The notes under the pieces are model-generated. The model did no database searches, was not told the DNA's origin, and worked only from the letters and a program-made list of their open reading frames with translations. Positions 54,900 to 64,000 of a DNA stretch of 64,000 nt are shown in pieces; positions within the stretch are counted from its first letter, which is position 1, and each line of letters starts with the position of its first letter. Made by a program: the position numbers and the translations under genes. This DNA is from the human T2T-CHM13v2.0 reference genome, Homo sapiens, in NCBI RefSeq assembly GCF_009914755.1, contig NC_060937.1; one strand, written 5' to 3'.

Positions 54900-56560
54900 A
54901 ATTCATACGGATGGGCTCATTGACCCCAGGTGATGGTAAACCCCTTATTTCCTTACATGCCTTCTGTCAGGAAGATTATTCATCAGATTGGAAGGATAGA
55001 AATGACCAAAGTGAAAGGAGGGTCCGAGCCTCAGAAATGGGTTGAAGGAGGCCGGAAGAAGCACTGGGGCTGTCAGTAGGATTCGGGGATGTCTCAGAAC
55101 ACACTGTGATCATGGAAACCCTAAGACAACCTTTGAGACACCCTAGAGGAGAAGAGATACCAAGAAGACTGGAATTGAATAAATGTTCTTCCAGTTTTCA
55201 CAAAGAAGAGGTGGGTTCTGCAACTTGTAGTCCAGAGCAATGGGCTTTTCTGTTGTGTGCAGTCCTAGGACAGGTGTCGGGGACCAGGAAGCTTCTGATG
55301 AAAGGCATGTGAGGAGGGCAATGCTGATGAAAGCAGGAAGGGAGAGTGAGCCCAGCCCAGCCATGGTCATCCTGGCCTGGGAGAGCCTAGCCAATGATAG
55401 CTCTGATCCCACTGTCCAGGGGAGCTGGCATCAGTGTCTAATAGACCCATTCTTCTGGACAGATCAAATACAGAGAACAATGATAGCATTGCCCAAGCCA
55501 GTATCTGCCTGCTTTGAGGCACATTACCAAGCCAGTACAGAAAATACGGAAGTGGGTAAGCATTTTTCAACCCATTATTCAAGCATTTTTTTAAATCACA
55601 AGTCTCTCTTCCAGTTATTTCAACAAACTGAAATATAAATTCGAAAGCTAGGTATAGGTCCCCATGGAAGATATGAAGGGAGGCTTCAGTTTGATTACAT
55701 GAATATTCAGAGTTTCAAGCTACAAAGTCTTTTGTAAGGATAATTTCAGATATCACTCAGACAGATATTCTAAAAGACTTAATTCTATAATCCAGCTACT
55801 TGGCAGCACTTGAAGTTAAGTACTAGGACTGTGGCTTTTGAGTCCATAAAAATCAAGATCAGGGCCCCAGCATGTTCTGTGTCTGATGAGGGCTTGCTCT
55901 CTGATAGTATTTTCTAGCTGCATCTCACAGGGCAAAAGGGGCAAACAAACTCCCTCGGGCCACTAATCCCATTTGTGAGGGCTCTACCTTCATAACCTAA
56001 TCATCTCATGAAGACTCCACCTATTAACATCACATTGGGGGTTCAGTTCATATAAATTTTGGGGGGACAACAACATTCAGACCATGGTAGGTAGATGGAA
56101 ATGTGGGTGGATGGACGATAGACAGACAACAGCTGGAGCCCTGGAGAGAGGTGTCTAGTGGAACGGCATAAGACTCTGTCACAAGCACTGTCCTGGTCGG
56201 CAGGGATGTTTTACATTTTTCGTGTCTTGGATGTTGACATTGGTGGCTAATGAAAATTTTAGATAAAGTTCTGGAAGGAGAAGCCAATATTCTGATTCAA
56301 TAATCCAGAAAGGCTAACATTGTTGATGAAATATCGGATAAAATTTAAACAAGATAAATATAAAAATCATGCATTAAGTTCAAGATTATGAAAGCCATTG
56401 GAAAAAAGAGAGCTAGGAAATATTTGGATTAACAAAAGTTCAAAGTTCAAATAAAGAAGAATTGATTCAATTTTATTGAATCTCAAATAACCCAAGGCTA
56501 TATTCATGGCTGTCAAAATAAATAATTGTGTTGGACCACATGTTAAGAAACATCATGGGC
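54900..56560 (+). mobile_element. L3/CR1 LINE fragments, interrupted by a MaLR LTR
   Basis: GAAGACTGG...AAATGTTCTTCCAGTTTTCACAAAGAAGAGGTGGGTTCTGCAACT; CTGGAGAGAGGTGTCTAGTGG; ATAAAATTTAAACAAGATAAATATAAA. Confidence 0.6.
55835..56089 (-). mobile_element. MLT1A-like LTR fragment
   Basis: CACTAATCCCATTTGTGAGGGCTCTACC...AACATTCAGACCATGGTA. Confidence 0.75.
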
Positions 56561-56864
56561 TGTAATAGAAGAAAATACCTCATTTAGAAGAGCAATAAAG
56601 CAAAGATAATGCCTAAGCATGTGAAAGATCTATATCAGAAAACTTTTTAAGCAGGTCTGAATGAATTACACAAACAGAAATATGAACAGATGCAAGGTGT
56701 ACCTTGTAGAAAACTCATACCAGAAATGTGCTAATTCTCCCTAAGTTAATTAAAACCCTTAACAGAATATCAATACAATACCAAATATCAATATTTGAAA
56801 TAGACTATATAATCCTTAATTTCATATTGAACAACAATAAACATGAACAGTCATGGAAACTCTG

Positions 56865-59800
56865 AAAAGACAAAAGACTAATTTGAATTATAAAAACAGA
56901 GAATCAAGGCCCCTCAATTTCCAGACTTGAGCCAGTTTACGGACCCAGAACCTCCTAAATGAGAGAGGCCAGGTCCCCTTGAGGAAGGACCCTACTACAT
57001 TACTGACAGTTTATACAGTGAATCTTCCTCCCTTCCTTCCCCAAAAAGACCTCTGGCCTTTTACTAGGGTAACTGTGCATTGGGAAAAGGGAAATGATCA
57101 GACATTTCGGGGACTATTGGACACTGCCTCTGAGCTGACGTTGATTCCAGGGAACCCAAAATCTCATTGTGTTTCTCCAGTTAAAGTAGGGCCTTATGGA
57201 AGTCAGGTAATTAATGGAGTTTTAGCTCAGGTCTGACTTATAGTGCATCCAGTGGGTCCCTGGACTCATCCTGTGGTCATTCCCCCAGTGCCAGAATGCA
57301 TAATTGGCATAGACATACTTAGCAGATGGCAGAACTTCCACATTGGTCCCCTGACTGGTAGGGTGAGGGCTATTATGGTGGGAAACGCCAAATGGATGCC
57401 ACTAGAGCTGCCTCTACCTAAGAAAATATTAAATCTAAAACAATATCACAACCCTGGAGAGACTGTGGAGATTAGTGCCACCATCAAACACTTGAAAAAC
57501 ACAGAGATGGTGATTCCCACCACATCCCCATTCAACTCTCCCATTTGGTCTGTGCAGAAGACAGATGGATCTTGGAGAATGACAGTGGATTATCATAAGG
57601 TTAACCAAGTGGTGACTCCAATTACAGCTGTTGTACCAGACGTGGTTTCATTGCTTGACCAAATTAACTCATCTCCTGGTACCTGGTATGCAGCCATTGA
57701 CTTGGTCAATGCCTTTTTCTCCATTCCTGTCCATAAAGCCCACCAGAAGCAACTTTCCTTTAGCTGACAAGGCCAGCAATATACCTTTACTCTCCTACCT
57801 TAGGAGTATATCAACTCTCTGGCTTTGTGTCATAAACTTACTTGGAGAGAATTTGATCACTTTTTGCTTCCACAAGATATCACACTGGACTATTAACACT
57901 GATGACATTATGCTGATTGAATCCAGTGAGTAAGAAGTAGCAAACACACTGGACTTGTTGGTGAGACATTTATGTACCAGAGGATGGGAAATAAATCTGA
58001 CTAAAATTCAGGGACCTTCTACCTCAGTAAAATTTCTAGGGTTTCAGTGGTGTGAAGCCTGTCAAGATATTCTTTCTAAGGTGAAGAACAAGTTCCTGCA
58101 TTTGGCCCCTCCTACAACCAAGAAAGAGGTTCAATACTTAGTGGGCCTATTTGGATTTTGGAGGCAACACAGTCCTGAATGTTTGACTATGAGTCATCAA
58201 GTCACCATGTGACCTGAACTACTTATCATGAACTGGATGCTTTCTGACCCATCTAGCCATAAAGTGGGTCAGGCACAGCAGCATTCCATTATCAAATGGA
58301 AGTGGTATATATGTGATTAGGCTCGAGCAGGTCCTGAAGGCACAAGTAAGTTACATGAGGAAATGGCTCAAAAGCCCATGGTCTCCACTCGTGCCTCCCT
58401 GCCTTCTCTCCCCCAGCCTGCACCGATGGCCTTATGGGGAGTTCTCTATGATCAGTTGACAAAGGAAGAGAAGACTAGGGCCTGGTTCACAGATGGTTCT
58501 GCACGATATGCAGGCACCACCCAAAAGTAGACAGCTGCACCACTACAGCCCCTTTCTAGGACATCTCTGAAGGACAGTGGTGAAGGTAAATCTTCCCAAT
58601 GGGCAGAACTTTGAGCAGTGCACCTGGCTGTGCACTTTGCATGGAAAGAGAAATGGCCAGATGTGCGATGCTATACTGATTCACAGGCTGTAGCCAGTGG
58701 TTTGGCTGGATGGTCAGGGACTTGGAATGAGTATGATTGGAAAATTGGTGACAAAGAAATTTGGGGAAGAGGTATGTAGATGGGTTTCTCTGAGTGGTCA
58801 AAAACTGTAAAGGTATTTGTATTCCATGTGAGTGCTCACCAATGGGTGACCTCAGCAGGGGAGGATTTTAATAATCAAGTGGATAGAATGACCCATTCTG
58901 TGGACATCATTCAGCCTCTTTGCCAGCCACCCCTGTCATTGTGCAATGGACCCATAAACAAAGTGGCCATGGTGGTAGGTATGGAGGTTACACATGGGCT
59001 CAGCAACATGGACTTTCACTTACCAAGGCTGACCTGGCTATGGCCACTGCTGAGTGCCCAATTTGCTAGCAGCAGAGACCTACTCTGAACCTTCGATATA
59101 ACACCATTCCTTGGAGTGATCAGCCAGCTATCTGGTGGCTGGTTGATTATATTGGATGACTTCCATCTTGGACAGGGCAGAGATTTGTCCTCACTGGAAT
59201 AGACATTTACTCCAGATATGGTTTGCCTATCCTGCATGCAATGCTTCTGCCAAGACTACAATCTGTGGACTCACAGAATGCCTTGTCCTCCATCATAGTA
59301 TTACATACAGCACTGCCTCTGACCAAGGCGCTCACTTTATGGCTAAAGAAGTGCATCAGTGGGCTCATGATTAAGGAATTCATTGGTCTTACCATATTCC
59401 CTATCATCCCAAAGCAGCTGGGTTGATAGAACGGTGGAATGGCCTTTTGAAGTCACAATTACAATGCCAACTAGGTGACAATACTTTGCAGGGATGGGGA
59501 AAACTTCTCCAAAGGTCGTATATGCTCTGAATCAGCGTCCAATATATGGTACTGTTTCTTCCATAACCAGGATTCATGGGTGCAAGAATCAAGGGGTGGA
59601 AGTGGAAGTGGCACCACTCACCATCACCCCTAGTGATCCACTAGCAAAATTTTTGCTTCCTGTTCCCGCGATATTATGCTCTGCTGGCCTAGAGGTCTTA
59701 GTTCCAGAAGGAGGAACGCTGCCACCAGCGTTATATACTGATTTGTGGGATGCAGCCAGTGGTTTGGCTGGATGATCAGGAAGACAATCCGGGAGACAAC

Positions 59801-60603
59801 GGGAGACAAAACAATGATTCCATTAAACTGCAAGTTAAGATAGCCACCTGAACACTTTGGGCTCCACCTACCTCTAAGTCAGCAGGCTAAGAAGGGAGCT
59901 ACAGTGTTGGCTGGGATTGACTGAACCGGACTATCAAGATGAAATCAGTCCACAATGGAGGTAAGGAAGAGTATGCATGGAATACAGGAGATCCACTAGG
60001 GTGTCTCTTAGTATTACCATGCCCTGTGATTAAGGTCAATGGGAAACCACAACAGCCCAATCCAGGCATGACTACAAATGGTCTGGGCCCCTCAGGAATG
60101 AAGGTTTGGGTCACTCCACCAAAAAAAAAAAAAACAAAAACAAAACAAAAAAGACCCAAAAAACAAAAAACAAACAAACAAAAAATATGACCTGCTGAGG
60201 AGGCAAAGGGAATACAGATTGGGTGATCAAAGAAGGTAGTCATCAATACAATCTACAACCACGTGACCAGCTGCATAACAGGGGATTGTAACTGTCATAA
60301 GTATTTCCTCCTTCTTTTGTTAAAAGCATGTTTGTGCATGTATACACTTGTACTTAAAAAAAAATCTTCATTTTATTTCCTTTTCCTTTATCATGTGACA
60401 TATGACTTATTGACTTCATATCAGCATTTAAGTATTGTTAACTTTATGCAATAGTATTTGGGTTGGGGATTGGTGGATTTCTGGTAGTATGAAGGATAAT
60501 TGTATTATGTTAGGCATAATTATGAACTTATTATTGTTGTTATTTGAATATTACGTATGATCTCAGGAGATGTGTATGGGTTCAAGTTGACAAAGGACAG
60601 ACT
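56865..60603 (+). mobile_element. HERVL internal region (gag end, pro, RT, RNase H, IN, dUTPase); 5'-deleted and non-coding
   Basis: Protease-like LLDTASEL, RT motifs [20 protein letters not shown] and TDDIML, integrase SDQGAHF, dUTPase-region VLVPEGG; several stops and frameshifts; PPT-like sequence before the LTR. Confidence 0.95.
56979..58212 (+). pseudogene. Disrupted HERVL pro-pol (protease and RT)
   Basis: ORFs 56979-57236 and 57243-57767 share one frame, broken by TGA; ORF 57955-58212 continues RT (VKFLGFQW, LVGLFGFWRQH). Confidence 0.9.
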
Positions 60604-61150
60604 TGTGATGGTTAATACTGAGTGTGAACTTGATTGGATTGAAGGATGCAAAGTATTGATCCTGGGTGTGTCTGTGAGAGTGTTGCCAAAGAAGATTACC
60701 ATTTGAGTCAGTGGGCTGGGGAAGGCAGACCCACCTTTAATCTGCTAAGCACCATCTAATCAGCTTCCAGCAAATATAAAGCAGCAGAAAAATGTGAAAA
60801 TGCGAGACTGGCCTAGCCTCCCAGCCTACATCTTTCTCCTGTGCTGAATGCTTCCTGCCTTCGAACATTGGGCTCCAAGTTCTTCAGTTTTGAGATTGAA
60901 CTGGCTCTCCTTGTTCCTCAAGCTTGCAGACCGCCTATTTTAGGAACTTGTGATCATATAAGTTAATACTTAATAAACTCCTCTTTACATAAACCCTTTA
61001 CATATATATAGTACATATATACATGCATATGTACATATACATATGCATACATATGTACATATACATATACATGTATATATGTACATATATATACATATAT
61101 ATATATATATCCTGTTAGTTCTGTCCCTCTAGAGAACCCTGACTAATACA
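60604..61150 (+). mobile_element. MLT2A 3' LTR of HERVL
   Basis: TGTGATGGTTAATACTGAGTG start, AATAAA at ~60972, (TA/CA)n tract, end CCCTGACTAATACA. Confidence 0.95.
60631..60642 (-). promoter_or_regulatory. DUX4-like motif in the MLT2A LTR
   Basis: TGATTGGATTGA (reverse complement TCAATCCAATCA) resembles DUX4 TAAYYYAATCA; MLT2A LTRs are known DUX4 targets. Confidence 0.55.
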
Positions 61151-61269
61151 GACCTATTAGATTAGCAAAGACTTATAACTTTGATGTCATGCTGTGCTGA
61201 CAGAAGCCACTACTCTTATCCACTGCAGGTGGCCACATGAATAAGAACAGCTCTAAGACAGCATGCTAA

Positions 61270-61680
61270 TATCTATCAGATTTAAAAAGCAGTTTGGAGA
61301 TTCCTCAAAGAACTTAGAACAGAGCTACCATTTGACCCAGCAAGCCCATTACTGGACATATATCCAAAGGAAATCAATCATTCTACTAAAGAGACACATT
61401 CATTTGTATGTTCATTGCAGCACTATTCACAATAGCAAAGACATGGAATCAACCTAGATGCCTGTCAATGATGGATTGAATTCAGCGCATGTGGTAGATA
61501 TAGATCATGGAATACTATGCAGCCATAAAAAATAAAGAGATCATATTCTTTGCAGCAACATTGATGCAGCTGGAGGCCATTATCCAAGTAAATTAACACA
61601 CGAACAGAAAACCAAAGACCACATGTTCTCACTTAAAAGTGGGAGCTAAACACCAAATACATGTGGACATAAAGTTGAAA
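61270..61680 (+). mobile_element. L1PB/L1MA-like 3' fragment within older L1 sequence
   Basis: AGTTTGGAGATTCCTCAAAGAACTTAGAACAGAGCTACCATTTGACCCAGCAA...CATGTTCTCACTTAAAAGTGGGAGCTAAAC. Confidence 0.85.
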
Positions 61681-61959
61681 TTATTTTTTTAAAAAGTGTG
61701 TACCCTCTGGTACTGTAGGGATTTGTCCTGCAAATGAACTGACACAATCCAAAGCAAATAAAGTCACTTAGTGTGCCATTTTTAAATAATAACAAATAAT
61801 TGGAAACACCTAAAATTTTTTAAAGTCTCATGAAATATATAATGAATATTCATACAGCATTCACTACAATGCCAAAATAGAAAATTCTTTATATTCTAAT
61901 ATAGAATAATCCCCCAAATATAATTTTGAATGAAAAAAAGCAGGGGGCTTTTGCCTATA

Positions 61960-62457
61960 TATAGAACAGAACCAAGAGAATATATATACACACACACATA
62001 TGTGTGTATATATATCTATATACAGATTGTATACATATATACATACATACATACATACATACATATATGTAGAGAGACAGGCATTTTAAGGAACCTGTTC
62101 ATCTCACTGGAGATGCTCATGCAACTGTGGAGATGCAAGGTTAAAAGTTTGCCGGGCAGGCCCTTAGGTTAAAGACCCGAGGAAGAGCTACACTTCAATC
62201 CCAGAAGTCCAAAATGCCATCTGAAGGCAGAATTTCCTCTTCCTGAGGGAACCTGAGTCTTTGCTCTTCAGATCCTTGATGAATGAAGATGGATGAAGTC
62301 CACCCACCTTATGGAAGGTCATCTTTCCTCAAAGCCCACTGATTTAAATGTTAATCTTATCTATTAAGTACCTTCCCAGCAACATCCAGACTGATGTTGA
62401 ACCAGGTAGCTGCGTAATGAGGCATAGACAAGTTGACACGTAAAATTAACCATCACA
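61960..62457 (-). mobile_element. MLT2C/D-like LTR
   Basis: AGAACAGAACCAA + (TA/CA)n...CAAGTTGACACGTAAAATTAACCATCACA. Confidence 0.82.
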
Positions 62458-62598
62458 GAGTGGAAGAAAACATTTATTTTTCTTGCTTACACATAAATAC
62501 CCATCTGGAAAGAGATCTAGAGAACAATAGAGGGGACTGGGCAGCAGAGAGCAGGGAAAGGCGTACTTCATGTTGAACACCCGAAAACCCAAATATTC

Positions 62599-62877
<279 letters not shown>

Positions 62878-63859
62878 GATCCTTTTTTTTTTTTTTTTTA
62901 ATTGTGAACTGTTTCAAAAGTATTATTTGTACCGAAGTTAAATAAAATTTTTAAGTGGAAGAGAGAAAAACTGAAATTCTTCCAGAGGAGAGAGACCAGG
63001 ATAATCAAAACACCAAGCACCATCAATGGGGATATTTCGCCCGAGGCAGATAATGCACTCAGGCCAGCTATGAAAGCTGCCTCATATACTCAAAGAACTG
63101 TCATAAAAGAAAGGAAATTTGACTTGTGCTGTGAGCCTCAGGGGGAAGGGAAGGTATTTCGAGGCAGAGGTGGAAGTTATGAAGAGACAGATTCTGATTC
63201 AAAACAAGGATGAACGTCTCCATAAATAGATGGTTCTGAAAAAGAGGTGGCTGCAGACCGCTCCTGTCCCATGGGGATCTGGGGAAACTTCTGGCAGGGG
63301 TGGTCAAGAACAACTGAGGTACTGGATGGATCCAGCGCCCCAAAGTCTCCCCTCAACTCTGGCTACAAATATTTCTCCTCCTTCAGGACTCTGGATTCCC
63401 TTACGTGTGTATGGTTTCTGGTCATGGTGCCTGATGACAAAGCGTTGGTGCCGAAGCCATGCACCCAGGGACCAGGACTCTGGTACCGTCATTGCCCAGC
63501 TGCAAGGCCTTGAGAACTTCCCCAACCTATAGATGCTGTAACCTGAGCATTACAGGAAGCTATTTTAGGGTGACTTGAGGGGCACTACATTAGAGGATGC
63601 TCTTGAAGCACATGGAGGCATCCTGAGATCATGACAAACGTTTGACATCATACAGGTTGGCTGGAATATTTGTTATGGTTCTTCTTATGTTTGTTTTTTT
63701 ACTAGTAGTAAAACTTTAATTGCCTTTTAGAAGGAAGAGGCTGGAACTGAGAATCACCTGATATGCACATATGACTGGAGAAATTACAATAATATATTTT
63801 TTAAAATATCCTGAGTGACATACTGATGGGGGTCTTACGTCTGTATGTGCTTACTGTGA

Positions 63860-64000
63860 TAAGTCAGAAAACACATACTCACAGTAGTTAGCAGCTCCTC
63901 TCATCAAAGGTAGAGAATTTTTCCCCTCTCCTTGAGCGTGGGCTAGTCTTGCTTTTGTTCCAGAAGGTGACAGAGGGATATTGCATGGGTTCTAGAGTCC
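63860..64000 (+). mobile_element. MLT1-family LTR start (continues beyond the window)
   Basis: GCTCCTCTCATCAAAGGTAGAG...TTCCCCTCTCCTTGAGCGTGGGCT. Confidence 0.6.

Noticed and set aside
57243-57767. 174-aa RT-like ORF as a functional or domesticated gene
   Set aside because: Bounded by in-frame stops, ends before the catalytic DD motif, and is part of a decayed HERVL

Overview
Primate (human-like) genomic DNA, intergenic or deep-intronic and dominated by repeats. I see no credible protein-coding exon. Long ORFs in the track come from L1 or HERVL remnants, simple repeats or chance. Recognisable content: 13 Alus; many L1, L2, L3 and MIR fragments; MaLR LTRs (MST, THE1, MLT1); ERVL LTRs (MLT2A, MLT2C/D, LTR16); a 5'-deleted HERVL provirus (pro-RT-RNaseH-IN-dUTPase plus a 3' MLT2A LTR); DNA transposons (Tigger3, MER20, a Charlie-type hAT, MER94, MADE1); and a 3'-truncated, tailless 7SK retropseudogene. 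I found no evidence of a new gene system. The most unusual signal is a recurring set of short, locally templated duplications whose donors lie within about 3.3 kb. They include a chimeric Alu that carries another Alu's unique 5' flank, a tandem Alu pair with three copies of one TSD, and fold-back hairpins. Repeat subfamily names are recognised from remembered consensus sequences, not from a database search, and boundaries of old elements are approximate.
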